Positions 1 through 9,873 of a DNA stretch of 64,000 bases are shown here, one piece after another; positions within the stretch are counted from its first letter, which is position 1, and every line of letters begins with the position of its first letter. Location of the stretch: contig CALKMA010000006.1 in the NCBI GenBank assembly GCA_937993755.1, positions 14,130 through 78,129 on the forward strand, in the 5' to 3' direction. The position numbers and the translations under genes were made by a program. The stretch is from an uncultured Faecalibacterium sp. (GTDB lineage Bacteria > Bacillota > Clostridia > Oscillospirales > Ruminococcaceae). The notes below the pieces were generated by a model. It did no database searches, had not been told where the DNA came from, and saw only the letters and a program-made list of their open reading frames with translations.

Positions 1-91
1 CTACATCCGCATCCTGGTCGGCGACAGGGTAACGGTCGAGATGTCCCCCTACGATCTAACCAAAGGCAGAATTACTTGGCGCTCGAAATAG
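1..91 (+). CDS. infA: translation initiation factor IF-1, C-terminal fragment (window starts inside gene)
   Basis: Frame-2 translation ...YIRILVGDRVTVEMSPYDLTKGRITWRSK* matches the IF-1 C-terminus; it sits directly upstream of rpmJ as in the conserved operon. Confidence 0.8.
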   Translation, partial: YIRILVGDRVTVEMSPYDLTKGRITWRSK

Positions 92-112
92 CGCCCACTT
101 AGGAGGTACAAC

Positions 113-226
113 ATGAAGGTCAGGCCTTCCGTAAAACCGATGTGTGAGAAGTGCAAGGTCATCAAGCGCCATGGCCGCGTGATGGTCATCTGCACCAATC
201 CGAGACACAAACAGCGTCAGGGCTGA
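113..226 (+). CDS. rpmJ: 50S ribosomal protein L36
   Basis: 37-aa [37 protein letters not shown] with a GGAGG RBS 7 nt upstream; canonical L36 sequence with zinc-ribbon Cys. Confidence 0.9.
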   Translation: MKVRPSVKPMCEKCKVIKRHGRVMVICTNPRHKQRQG

Positions 227-250
227 GCTCTGAAATTTTGGAGGTATACT

Positions 251-619
251 ATGGCACGAATTGCCGGCATCGACCTGCCGAAGGATAAGCGGGTCGAAGC
301 GGGACTTACCTATATCTACGGTATCGGTCCCAGCACTGCAAAGGTCATTCTTCGGGAGACCGGCGTCAACGCCGACACCCGCGTGAAGGATCTGAGCGAT
401 GACGACGTAGCAAAGCTGCGTGAATACATCGATCATCATCTGGTGGTCGAGGGCGACCTTAGGCGCAACGTATCCCTTGATATCAAGCGTCTTGTTGAGA
501 TCCAGTGCTACCGTGGCGTGCGCCATCGCAAGGGTCTTCCCGTTCGCGGCCAGCGCACCAAGACGAATGCCCGTACCCGCAAGGGCCCGGCCCGCACGAT
601 AGCCAACAAGAAGAAGTAG
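251..619 (+). CDS. rpsM: 30S ribosomal protein S13
   Basis: [18 protein letters not shown]... is the S13 signature; operon position fits. Confidence 0.95.
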   Translation: MARIAGIDLPKDKRVEAGLTYIYGIGPSTAKVILRETGVNADTRVKDLSDDDVAKLREYIDHHLVVEGDLRRNVSLDIKRLVEIQCYRGVRHRKGLPVRGQRTKTNARTRKGPARTIANKKK

Positions 620-632
620 AAAGGATAACAAA

Positions 633-1040
633 ATGGCGGGAAAAAACACCAAAAAGACTGCCGTTGTCACGCGCAAACGCCGTGAGCGCAAGAATATCGA
701 GCGCGGCGCTGCGCACATCCAGGCATCGTTCAACAACACCATTGTTACCATCACCGATATCGACGGTAACGCTCTTTCGTGGGCCAGCGCCGGCGGACTG
801 GGTTTCCGCGGCTCCCGCAAATCCACGCCGTATGCCGCTCAGCAGGCCGCCGAGGTCGCTGCCAAGGCTGCGATGGAGCACGGTCTCAAGACCGTTGAAG
901 TTTACGTTAAGGGACCCGGTTCAGGCCGTGAAGCCGCCATCCGCTCGCTTCATGCCGCCGGCTTAGAGGTCAATATGATCAAGGACGTGACCCCTATCCC
1001 GCATAACGGCTGCCGCCCGCCCAAAAGGCGCCGCGTCTAA
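633..1040 (+). CDS. rpsK: 30S ribosomal protein S11
   Basis: ORF ...[16 protein letters not shown]... is an S11 motif. Confidence 0.95.
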   Translation: MAGKNTKKTAVVTRKRRERKNIERGAAHIQASFNNTIVTITDIDGNALSWASAGGLGFRGSRKSTPYAAQQAAEVAAKAAMEHGLKTVEVYVKGPGSGREAAIRSLHAAGLEVNMIKDVTPIPHNGCRPPKRRRV

Positions 1041-1058
1041 GATTGGAGGATACACGAT

Positions 1059-1679
1059 ATGGCAAGAGAAACCGGAGCTGTGTGCAGATTCTGCCGCAGA
1101 GAAGGTCAGAAGCTTTTCCTGAAGGGCGATAAATGCTATTCCGGCAAGTGCCCCTACGAGCATCGTTCCTTTGCGCCCGGCCAGCACGGCAACGCGCGCA
1201 AGAAGAACTCGGAGTACGGCATCCAGCTGCGTGAAAAGCAGAAAGCCCGCCGCTACTACGGTGTGCTGGAGAGCCAGTTCAGAAAATATTATGAAATGGC
1301 TAACCGCAAGCAGGGCATCACCGGCGAAAACCTGCTTAGGATCCTTGAAAGCAGGATGGACAATGTCGTCTATCGCGCTGGCTTTGCTAATTCCCGTGCC
1401 GAGGCCCGTCAGCTGGTCAACCACTGCCACTACCTCGTCAACGGCCAGAAGGTCAACATCCCGTCCTATCTCGTGAAGGCCGGCGATGTGATCTCGGTGA
1501 AATCGACCGACTGCGAAAAGATCAAGCAGGCCGTAGAGGCCAATTCGGCCCGTCCCAAGCCCCAGTGGCTGGATGTTGACACCAAGAATCTGACTGCCAC
1601 GGTCAGCCATCTGCCCGAACGCTCTGAGATTGATTTCGAGGTTGCCGAGCACTTCATCGTTGAGCTCTACTCCAAATAA
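1059..1679 (+). CDS. rpsD: 30S ribosomal protein S4
   Basis: ORF with an N-terminal Cys cluster ([23 protein letters not shown]) and an S4 domain. Confidence 0.95.
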   Translation: MARETGAVCRFCRREGQKLFLKGDKCYSGKCPYEHRSFAPGQHGNARKKNSEYGIQLREKQKARRYYGVLESQFRKYYEMANRKQGITGENLLRILESRMDNVVYRAGFANSRAEARQLVNHCHYLVNGQKVNIPSYLVKAGDVISVKSTDCEKIKQAVEANSARPKPQWLDVDTKNLTATVSHLPERSEIDFEVAEHFIVELYSK

Positions 1680-1761
1680 CCCCCATCTGCCGCCAAGGCA
1701 AATAGGTTATTGAGAATGCATATTTTGCGGCGTTTGCCGCCATTCAAATAGGAGGGTTCAA

Positions 1762-2715
1762 ATGTTTGAAATTGAAAAGCCGAGAATCGAAACAGTCCAG
1801 ATGACTCCCGACGGTGAATACGGCGTTTTTCAGATCGAGCCGCTCGCACGCGGCTTCGGCACCACCCTGGGCAACAGCCTGCGCCGTGTTCTGCTATCCT
1901 CCCTTCGCGGTTCCGCTGTGACCGCCATCAAGATCGACGGTGTTCTCCACGAATTTTCAACGGTCGAGGGCGTCAAGGAAGACGTTACCGAGATCGTGCT
2001 GAATATCAAGGGAATCATAGCCAAGCTGCACAGCACCGGCGCCAAGACCTACTATCTTGATATGGAAGGGCCCTGCGAAGTGACCGCCGCTGATATCAAG
2101 GCCGATGCCGAGCTTGAGATCCTCAATCCTGAGCTGCACATCGCCACCATCAGCAAGGGCGGAAGGCTTTCGATGGAGCTGATCTTTGACCACGGCTGTG
2201 GTTATGTCAGAAGCGAGCTCAACAAACAGAATCCTGCGCTTGCCGGGATCGGCATGATCCCTGTGGACAGCATCTATACGCCGGTGCTTCGCGCCAACTA
2301 CAAGGTTGAGCCGACCCGCGTGGGACAGTCCATTGATTACGACAGGCTCACCCTTGAGGTAAAGACCGACAGGTCGATCAACGCCAAGGAGGCTGTGTCG
2401 CAGGGCGCAAAGCTGCTGAGCGAGTATCTTAAACTGTTCGTGACCCTCAGCGAGGAAAGCGGCGAGACCGAGATCCTGGTTGAGAAAGATGAAAAATCCA
2501 AGGAGCGTATGCTCGAAATGTCTATCGAGGAGCTCGATCTCTCGGTGCGCAGCTTCAACTGCCTCAAGAGAGCCGGCATCAACACGGTGGACGACATCAC
2601 AAACAAGTCAGAAGAAGAAATGATGAAGGTCAGAAACCTTGGCCGCAAGTCGCTTGAGGAGGTCATCCACAAGATCAACTCGCTGGGTCTGAGCCTTCGC
2701 TCTGACGAAGAATAA
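1762..2715 (+). CDS. rpoA: DNA-directed RNA polymerase subunit alpha
   Basis: 317-aa [13 protein letters not shown]... with the alpha NTD and CTD; sits between rpsD and rplQ. Confidence 0.95.
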   Translation: MFEIEKPRIETVQMTPDGEYGVFQIEPLARGFGTTLGNSLRRVLLSSLRGSAVTAIKIDGVLHEFSTVEGVKEDVTEIVLNIKGIIAKLHSTGAKTYYLDMEGPCEVTAADIKADAELEILNPELHIATISKGGRLSMELIFDHGCGYVRSELNKQNPALAGIGMIPVDSIYTPVLRANYKVEPTRVGQSIDYDRLTLEVKTDRSINAKEAVSQGAKLLSEYLKLFVTLSEESGETEILVEKDEKSKERMLEMSIEELDLSVRSFNCLKRAGINTVDDITNKSEEEMMKVRNLGRKSLEEVIHKINSLGLSLRSDEE

Positions 2716-2730
2716 AAGGAGTAAACTGCT

Positions 2731-3072
2731 ATGCCGGGATCAAGAAAATTAGGCAGAGCCACTGATTGCCGCACCGCCATGCTGCGCGGCCTGGTCACCT
2801 ACCTGCTCGACAAGGGCCGGATCGAGACCACCGTCGCCCGTGCCAAAGACGTGCGCTCGATGACTGAAAAAATGATCACGCTCGGAAAAGAAGACAACCT
2901 CGCCAACAAGCGCCAGGTCATGTCCTATGTCACCGACGAAACGGTCGCCAAGAAGGTCTTTGATGAGATCGCCCCGAAATACGCCGATCGCAATGGCGGC
3001 TACACGAGGATCATCAGGACCGGCCCGCGCCGCGGCGACGCCGCCGAGATGGCCATCATCGAACTGGTGTAA
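2731..3072 (+). CDS. rplQ: 50S ribosomal protein L17
   Basis: 113-aa ORF of the L17 family; last gene of the alpha operon. Confidence 0.95.
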   Translation: MPGSRKLGRATDCRTAMLRGLVTYLLDKGRIETTVARAKDVRSMTEKMITLGKEDNLANKRQVMSYVTDETVAKKVFDEIAPKYADRNGGYTRIIRTGPRRGDAAEMAIIELV

Positions 3073-3093
3073 GATCATTTTCAACTGCTGTTT

Positions 3094-3124
3094 AAGAGGG
3101 GACGTTCGTCCCCTCTTATTTTAG
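3094..3124 (+). terminator. rho-independent terminator of the rpoA-rplQ operon
   Basis: Perfect hairpin aagaggggacg/cgtcccctctt followed by TTATTTTA. Confidence 0.75.
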
Positions 3125-3229
3125 AAATCAGGAGCCGCCGTCTGCGACGGCGCGCAGGCAGCCCTTTCGGCGCGGCGCGGATAAACCCCGCAAGAGAAGG
3201 GGCAGGCAAGGCAAGCAGCCGAAGGAGCG

Positions 3230-3925
3230 CTTGGCCGTTATCGCACGGAGCATGGGTGGAAAAGGCTTGATAGGCGCCGCCCCACGCCGAGCGCGCGGCT
3301 GTGCCTGTAAAAACCGGAAGCCCCTGTTCTGACTTGGGAAAGACAAAAGCATGAAGAAAGCGCGCGGCGGAAATAGCCGCTGCCGCTTTTTGCGGGGGCT
3401 GTTCCCGCTGCTCCATGGGCCGCTTGGCCGGTCATCGCGCGGAGCATGGGCGGAAAAGGCTTGATAGGCGCTGCCCTGCGCCGAGCGCGCGGCCTTGAAT
3501 ATAGAAGCCGAAAGCTCCTGCTCTGACTTGGGAAAGACAAAAGCATGAAGAAAGCGCGCGGCGGAAATAGCCGCTGCCGCTTTTTGCGGGGGCTGATCCC
3601 GCTGCTCCATGGGCCGCTTGGCCGTTATCGCACGGAGCATGGGCGAAAAAGGCTTGATAGGCGCTGCCCCGCGCCGAGCGCGCGGCCTTGCATATAAAAG
3701 CCGGAAGCGCCTGTTCTGACTTGGGAAAGACAAAAGCATGAAGAAAGCGCGCGGCGGAAATAGCCGCTGCCGCTTTTTGCGGGGGCTGTTCCCGCTGCTC
3801 CATGGGCCGCTTGGCCGGTCATCGCGCGGGAGCATGGGCGGAAAAGGCTTGATAGGCGCCGCCCTGCGTTGAACAGACAGGCTTGACTATAAAAAGCTGG
3901 GAGCTTCCATTCTGGCTTGGGAAGG
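3230..3925. repeat. tandem direct repeat, ~194-bp unit, ~3.6 copies (last copy degenerate)
   Basis: Units begin ttggccg(g/t)t(c/t)atcgc(a/g)cggagcatgggcggaaaaggcttgatagg at 3230, 3424, 3618 and 3813; each carries a cttga(a/c)tata(g/a)aag segment and a GC-stem plus TTTTT element. Confidence 0.85.
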
Positions 3926-4083
3926 CTTGAAGGACAATGCCCCAGCATATACTGTGCAGGGCGGCGCTCCGATTCGGCAAGCCTGCCGGCCTGCGCCGGC
4001 CGCCGCTTTCGCTGCCGCGCGGCAAAAGCGGCGGGGAAGATGGCGCCGCGCCAAGCCCCGAAAAATCATTTTGAGAGGAAAAT

Positions 4084-5250
4084 ATGGTCACTTTACTTGC
4101 CAAATGGATCATCGGTGCGCCGCCCGACAAGACGAGCGAGGAGAGCCGCGCCCGTTACGGCGCGCTGTGCGGCGGTGTCGGCATCGGTCTGAATATCGTT
4201 CTGTTCCTCATCAAGCTGCTGGCCGGCATTTTCAGCGGCTCGCTCGCCATCACGGCCGACGCCCTCAACAACCTGTCGGACGCCGGCTCCTCCCTGATCA
4301 CCGTTATCGGCTTTCGGCTGGCGGCTGCCAAGCCCGATCTGCGGCACCCCTTTGGGCATGGTCGCGTCGAGTATCTCACGGGCCTGTTGGTATCGGCTGT
4401 CATCATTGTTATGGGCGCCGAGCTGGGCATCAGCTCGTTCAAGCGCATCCTCCGACCCGAAGGGCTGGAATTTTCGTGGCTGCTGCTGGGCGTGCTGCTC
4501 TGTTCGGTCGCCGTCAAGCTGTATATGGCGCTCTATAACCGCCGCTACGCGCGGGCGCTCGATTCGCCGGCGCTCTCCGCCGTCGTCTATGACAGCCTCA
4601 GCGACTGCGTTTCCACCGCGGCGGTCGCGCTGAGCCTGCTGGCTTTCCGGCTGCTCGACTGGAACATCGACGCGTACTGCGGCCTGCTGGTGGCGCTGTT
4701 CATCATTTACGGCGGTGTCAAGTCGGCCAAGGACACCGTTGATCCGCTGCTCGGCAGCCCGCCCGACCCCGATTTCTGCCGGAAGGTCGAGCGGCTTGTG
4801 CTGTCGCACCCCGATATCGTCGGCGTCCATGACCTGCTGGTCCACGACTACGGCCCCGGCCGGCGCATGATCTCGCTGCACGCCGAGGTGCCGGCCGACG
4901 GCGATTTCCGCGCCCTGCACGACCTCATCGACAACATTGAGGGCGACCTGCGCCGCGAGCTGCGCTGCAACGCCGTCATACACATGGACCCCGTCGAGAC
5001 GGAAAATGAAGCGGTCATCACCGTGCGCCGCGCCGTAGCCGAGGCCGTCAGGGAGATCGACGCGGGCTGCACCATCCACGACTTCCGCATGGTGACCGGC
5101 CCGACGCACACCAACCTGATTTTTGACCTTGTGCTGCCCTTTGAGGCCGTGATGAGCGATGAGGAGGCGCGCACCCGCGCCGTCGGGCTGGTCGCCCGGC
5201 TCGACCCCACCTATACCGCTGTTGTGACGGTTGACCGGCCCTATGTGTGA
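4084..5250 (+). CDS. cation diffusion facilitator family transporter (CzcD/FieF-like)
   Basis: 388-aa ORF with an N-terminal 6-TM region (…ITADALNNLSDAGSS…HPFGHGRVE…) and a C-terminal cytoplasmic CDF domain; RBS gagagga. Confidence 0.85.
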   Translation: MVTLLAKWIIGAPPDKTSEESRARYGALCGGVGIGLNIVLFLIKLLAGIFSGSLAITADALNNLSDAGSSLITVIGFRLAAAKPDLRHPFGHGRVEYLTGLLVSAVIIVMGAELGISSFKRILRPEGLEFSWLLLGVLLCSVAVKLYMALYNRRYARALDSPALSAVVYDSLSDCVSTAAVALSLLAFRLLDWNIDAYCGLLVALFIIYGGVKSAKDTVDPLLGSPPDPDFCRKVERLVLSHPDIVGVHDLLVHDYGPGRRMISLHAEVPADGDFRALHDLIDNIEGDLRRELRCNAVIHMDPVETENEAVITVRRAVAEAVREIDAGCTIHDFRMVTGPTHTNLIFDLVLPFEAVMSDEEARTRAVGLVARLDPTYTAVVTVDRPYV

Positions 5251-5812
5251 GCGCCGGCCGTATGGCCGCTCCGGCTGCTTGCCGCTTCCGTTCCCGGCCG
5301 GCGGTCTGAACGGAGGCGCGGCGGCCCGCTCCGGTCTGCTGCCGCTCTTTTTGTCCGTAAGGGTCTTTCGCGGCTTCGGTGAAGCTCCGGCCGAAAAGCT
5401 CCATCAGGCGGTCTGTGGGGCTGCCCCCGCTCCGGCTGCGGCGATGCCGTTTGTTTCCCGCTGACCGTCAGGCTGCCGCGCCGTTTCCGGCGGTGTTCAT
5501 TTCCAGCGCCCTGCCGCCCTTATGCCGCGCTCATAAAGTGAACAGGGGCGGCTTCCGCGCGCCGGCGCGCTTCCCTGCGGCAGGGGAAAAATCGCGCTGC
5601 TGCCCGCTGAAGGCTGCCCCGACGCGGGGCGTTCGCAGGGGCTTCTGTATCCCTGGCCGGCGGGCTGCCGCCGGTCAAAATTTTTTTCAAAAAACCGCAA
5701 ACGGTACGTTATGTACGTTCCCGCCGTGCTATCATAACAGTGTCGCAAAGGGCTTTGGAGCTGAGGCTCCGGGGCCTTTTTGTGTGCAGAAAAATGAAAG
5801 GGAGATTATTGA

Positions 5813-6003
5813 TGGCACGAAGAAACCTCAAAAAACGGGTCGGGCGCCGCTCCGACCCCGAAGCGCTGCAAAAACAGCGGTGCCGGCGCTGCGTCTACAA
5901 TGAATACCGGCGCTGCGGCGTGCTGTTCTGCGTTCTGCCGGCCTGCGTGCGGGCGGACATCAGGGAGGCGGACAATGGCGCCGAAAAAGCCGCGGGCCTT
6001 TAA
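5813..6003 (+). CDS. hypothetical small Cys-rich protein upstream of and overlapping terS
   Basis: ATG preceded by a GGGAG RBS; 63 aa, MARRNLKKRVGRRSDP...CRRCVYNEYRRCGVLFC...; no recognisable family. Confidence 0.25.
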
Positions 6004-6247
6004 GGAGGCGTTTGTCCGCCTGCTTGAAGCGCCCATCGACCCGGAGACCGCCGGCAGGCTGGACGAGCAGCTCCGTGAGCTGCCGCCCGGCTTCAAGACG
6101 AGCGAGGCCATCGCCATGGCGCAGATCGGCAAGGCGCTGCGCGGCGATACGGCGGCCGCCAAATATATCGGCGAGCTGATGAGCGAGGAGACGTCCGCCC
6201 CGCCCGAAGTCAGGGTGACGGTGCGGGTGATAGACGATGGAGCTTGA
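5975..6247 (+). CDS. phage terminase small subunit
   Basis: 90-aa MAPKKPRAFKEAFVRLLEAPIDPETAGRLDEQLRELPPGFKTSEAIAMAQIGKAL... has P27-type TerS character; RBS GGGAGG; ends overlapping the terL start. Confidence 0.55.
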   Translation: MAPKKPRAFKEAFVRLLEAPIDPETAGRLDEQLRELPPGFKTSEAIAMAQIGKALRGDTAAAKYIGELMSEETSAPPEVRVTVRVIDDGA

Positions 6248-7529
6248 GCTGTGCGTCACCCCCAAGCAGCGCAGCTTTATCGAGGCCGCCGAGGACGAGG
6301 TGCTGTTCGGCGGCGCGGCCGGCGGGGGCAAGAGCATGGGGCAGATGCTCGACGCGCTGCTCTATGCCCTGCGTTACAGCGGCAGCCGGCAGCTTATCCT
6401 GCGGCGTACGCTGCCCGAACTCGATAAAACGCTGGTGCGCGTGGCGCTGCAGCTCTATCCGAAAAGCCTGTACAGCTACACCGCCTCAAGCCACACCGGC
6501 CTGTTTGCCAACGGCTCGGCGCTGGAATTCGGCTACTGCGATTCGGAGGAGGACGTCCACCGCTATCAGTCGGCGGAATACGACGTGATCCGCTTTGATG
6601 AGCTGACGCATTTCACGGGCTATATGTACCTCTATCTGCTGTCGCGGCTGCGCGGCAGCAACGGTTACCCCAAGCAGGTCAAAAGCACGACCAACCCCGG
6701 CGGACCGGGGCACAGCTTTGTCAGAGAGCGGTTCATCGACCTCGGTGCGCCCATGCAGACGCACCGCACGCCCACCGGCACCCGCCGCTTTATCCCGGCG
6801 CGCGTGACCGACAACAGCTTTCTGATGAAAAAGGACCCCGGCTACGCCACAAGACTGCTCAATCTGCCGGAAAACGAGCGCCGCGCGCTGCTCGACGGCG
6901 CATGGGAGCTGGAGGACGGCCGCTTTTTCCCCGAATTCCGGCGCGAGACGCACGTCCTGCCGAGCGGATGCCCGCCGGCCGGCTGGACGCGGTATGTCAG
7001 CATCGATTACGGCCTTGATATGTTCGCGGCCTGTCTGTTCGCCGTTGACGGCAGCCGCGCGGTGCAGTACCGGGAGGTGTATCAGAGCAGCCTTATCATT
7101 TCAGATGCCGCCCGCCTGCTGCTTTCGGCGCTCGACCGGCCGCCGGCGGCCGTTTTTGCGCCGCCCGATCTGTGGAACCGGCGGCAGGAAACGGGCGTCA
7201 GCGCCGCCGAGATATTCCAGCGCTGCGGCGTGACGCTGACCAGAGCGCCGGCGGCACGCGCTTCGGGCTGGCTGGCGCTCAAGGAGCTGCTCAAGCCGCC
7301 CGGCGACGGCAGCCGGCCGGCACTCTGCTTCACCGAGGACTGCCCCAATACCATCCGCAGTCTGCTTGCCCTGCGGTGCGACTGCCATGACCCCGGCGAC
7401 GCAGCCGGCCGCCCGCACGAGGTCACCCACGCGCCCGACGCGCTGCGCTATTTTGCGGCCTCCCGCCGCGGAGAGCCGCTCATCACACATGACAGCGAGC
7501 TGGACAGCCTGCTGTCCTACGGTATCTGA
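6237..7529 (+). CDS. phage terminase large subunit
   Basis: 430-aa ORF with Walker A (FGGAAGGGKS), ATPase and nuclease regions; directly follows terS. Confidence 0.85.
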   Translation: MELELCVTPKQRSFIEAAEDEVLFGGAAGGGKSMGQMLDALLYALRYSGSRQLILRRTLPELDKTLVRVALQLYPKSLYSYTASSHTGLFANGSALEFGYCDSEEDVHRYQSAEYDVIRFDELTHFTGYMYLYLLSRLRGSNGYPKQVKSTTNPGGPGHSFVRERFIDLGAPMQTHRTPTGTRRFIPARVTDNSFLMKKDPGYATRLLNLPENERRALLDGAWELEDGRFFPEFRRETHVLPSGCPPAGWTRYVSIDYGLDMFAACLFAVDGSRAVQYREVYQSSLIISDAARLLLSALDRPPAAVFAPPDLWNRRQETGVSAAEIFQRCGVTLTRAPAARASGWLALKELLKPPGDGSRPALCFTEDCPNTIRSLLALRCDCHDPGDAAGRPHEVTHAPDALRYFAASRRGEPLITHDSELDSLLSYGI

Positions 7530-7535
7530 AAGGAG

Positions 7536-7730
7536 ATGCATGATATGGAGATCCTGTTTGCTCTTGCCGGCTTCGCCCTTGGCGGATCGGCGGTATTCTG
7601 CTGTATGCTGTACTGGCGGCGGCTGCGCCGTCAGCCGCCGCCCGCCCGTCCCGACCCGGCGGAAAGGCAGCTTCTCAATTTTTTGAATTACAGCGGCAGC
7701 GAGAGGGGGCAGATGCGCCTTGACGACTGA
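7536..7730 (+). CDS. hypothetical small membrane protein (phage)
   Basis: 64-aa ORF with one hydrophobic helix (ILFALAGFALGGSAVFCCMLYW) between terL and portal. Confidence 0.3.
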   Translation: MHDMEILFALAGFALGGSAVFCCMLYWRRLRRQPPPARPDPAERQLLNFLNYSGSERGQMRLDD

Positions 7731-9258
7731 CCGGGCCGAAAGAATATGGCGCGAATATGAGCGCGGCGTGCGCTACAACAGCGCCATCGGGCTCTATGAG
7801 ACGGTGCGCCGGAACGAGGAATTCTATATCGGCGACCAGTGGAACGGGCTGCAGGCCCCCGATCTCGACAAGCCGGTGCTCAACTTTCTCAAGCGCGTCT
7901 GCAGCTATCTTGTCGCCATGCTGGTGAGCGACGATATCGGCGTCAAGCTGACGCCCTTCGACGCGGCACAGCAAAACAGCGCCGTCTGCGCCGCTTTGGA
8001 GCGTGAGGTGCTGCGCGTCATCGAGCGCACCAAAATGCGGGCGCGCGGCCGCGAGATACTGCGCAACTGTGTCGTTGACGGCGACGGCTGCTTTTTCTGG
8101 TATTTCGACCCCGATGCCATCGGCAGCCGCGCGGCGCAGGGCGAGATCGGGCTTGACGTGGTGGAAAACACCCGCATCCTGTTCGGCGACCCCTATGAGG
8201 CGGAGGTGCAGCGGCAGCCCTACCTGCTGATCGTCAAGCGTGAGAGCGTGGCGTCGCTGCGGCGGCGGGCGGCGCTCTACGGTGTGCCGCCGGCGCTTTT
8301 CTGCCCCGACAGCGGCGAGGCCGGCGCGCCGGGCGGCGGGGAGGAGGGCGGCAGCGCCACCGTGCTGCTGCGGATGTACAAGCGGGACGGACGGGTCTTT
8401 TTCTCGGAATCGACCCGTACCGCCATGCTGCGCGAGGAGATCGACAGCCGCTGCACCCTTTATCCCGTGGCCTATATGAGCTATGAGCGGGTGCGCAGCA
8501 GCTATCACGGCCGCGCCGCGGTCACGGGGCTTATCCCGAACCAGATCGCCGTCAACAAGCTGTGGGCCATGGCCATCCGCCACCAGCACATGATGGCCTT
8601 TCCCAAGGTGTTTTACGACCGGCAGAAGATCGGCGAGTGGAGCAACCGCGTGGGCGAGGCCATCGGCGTTGTCGGCAACCCGTCCGAGGCGGTGGCGACC
8701 AGCTTCCGCGCCGGCGATATGTCCGGCCAGCTGCTGACGCTGGTTGACCGCACCATCCAGTACACCAAGGAATTCATGGGGGCCTCCGACGCGGCGCTCG
8801 GCAATATCCGGCCCGACAACGCCAGCGCCATCATTGCCGTCCAGCAGGCGGCGGCCGCGCCGCTGGAGCTTCAGAAGCTGGCCTACTTCCAGTTCGTCGA
8901 GGATTCGGTGCGCGTCATCATCGACCTTATCCGCGCCAGCTACGGCCGCCGTGAGGTGGTGCTGGACGGCCGCCGGCAGACGGTCGATTTTTCGTCGCTC
9001 GGCATTGACGCCATGTCGGTGCAGGTCGATGTCGGCGTGTCGCCCTACTGGTCGGAGCTGATGCAGGTGCAGACGCTCGACAATATGTTCGCCAAGGGCA
9101 TTGTGACCGACGCCATCGCCTATCTGGAGAGCGTGCCCGACCATCTCATCCCCGGCAAGAGCCGGCTGCTCGAAAGCCTGCGCCGGAGAAAGGAGGAGCA
9201 GGATGAAATGCAGCGTATGCCGGCTGGAGATGCGGATACGGGCCGTGACCCGGCGTGA
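7720..9258 (+). CDS. phage portal protein
   Basis: 512-aa ORF immediately after terminase, of typical portal size and acidic C-terminus; the start is probably TTG at 7720 after a GAGGGGG RBS. Confidence 0.65.
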   Translation: MTTDRAERIWREYERGVRYNSAIGLYETVRRNEEFYIGDQWNGLQAPDLDKPVLNFLKRVCSYLVAMLVSDDIGVKLTPFDAAQQNSAVCAALEREVLRVIERTKMRARGREILRNCVVDGDGCFFWYFDPDAIGSRAAQGEIGLDVVENTRILFGDPYEAEVQRQPYLLIVKRESVASLRRRAALYGVPPALFCPDSGEAGAPGGGEEGGSATVLLRMYKRDGRVFFSESTRTAMLREEIDSRCTLYPVAYMSYERVRSSYHGRAAVTGLIPNQIAVNKLWAMAIRHQHMMAFPKVFYDRQKIGEWSNRVGEAIGVVGNPSEAVATSFRAGDMSGQLLTLVDRTIQYTKEFMGASDAALGNIRPDNASAIIAVQQAAAAPLELQKLAYFQFVEDSVRVIIDLIRASYGRREVVLDGRRQTVDFSSLGIDAMSVQVDVGVSPYWSELMQVQTLDNMFAKGIVTDAIAYLESVPDHLIPGKSRLLESLRRRKEEQDEMQRMPAGDADTGRDPA

Positions 9259-9555
9259 CGGCGCCCGCATAGAGCAGCACAGCTGCTGCAACCCGCAGTG
9301 CCCGCAGCGCGGCAAACCGGTGACGGTCAGCCGGCCGGACGGGCAGAGCGATGGCCGGCAGGCCGCAGCGCCGCGGACGTGAGGAACCGGCGCCGCCGGA
9401 GCGGTCCGGCGGGAATGTCCCGCGGGTTTCGCCCGCCGCGCATCTGAGCCGCCGCCCGGCCCGCGGGTGCCTTTGACAGCCTCCCGACGGGAGGAAGAAG
9501 CCGATCGGCAGCCGGAAACGGCATGACGATAGAATTTTACAACAGGAGGATATCT

Positions 9556-9858
9556 ATGGAAAACAATCAGATGCCGGCCGAGCGCTTTGCGCTTGAGATC
9601 GGCGGAAAACAGCTGGAGCTGACGCGGGAGCAGCTTCTCTGCGCCGCAAGGCTGGGCCTTCTCGCCTATCAGCGCGAGAAGGAAAGCAGGGGGCCTGAGC
9701 AGAGCCTTGCGCGCCTGACCGAGCTGGAAAAGCGCATCGACGCGCTTGAAACCAACTATGCCAACCGCGGCAGCAGCATGGGCAGCGCCCGCACCGGCGC
9801 CGCCGACAGCGAGATGGCCGAGCTTGAGGCCATTTACGATGCCGTATTCCGCCGCTGA
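9556..9858 (+). CDS. putative scaffolding-like protein (phage)
   Basis: ATG after an AGGAGG RBS; ~100 aa, predicted helical or coiled-coil (…LARLTELEKRIDALETNY…); canonical position between portal and capsid. Confidence 0.35.
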   Translation: MENNQMPAERFALEIGGKQLELTREQLLCAARLGLLAYQREKESRGPEQSLARLTELEKRIDALETNYANRGSSMGSARTGAADSEMAELEAIYDAVFRR

Positions 9859-9873
9859 GAAAAGGGAGGAGCC

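Noticed and set aside
3128-3948. Several minus-strand ORFs sharing the repeated peptide MEQREQPPQKAAAAISAARFLHAFVFPKSEQ…
   Set aside because: The repetition is produced by translating the 194-bp tandem DNA repeat. The unit is not a multiple of 3, there is no RBS, and the peptides differ only as the DNA units differ.
4093-5109. 338-aa minus-strand ORF
   Set aside because: It is antisense to the CDF transporter gene, which has clear TM topology and family motifs.
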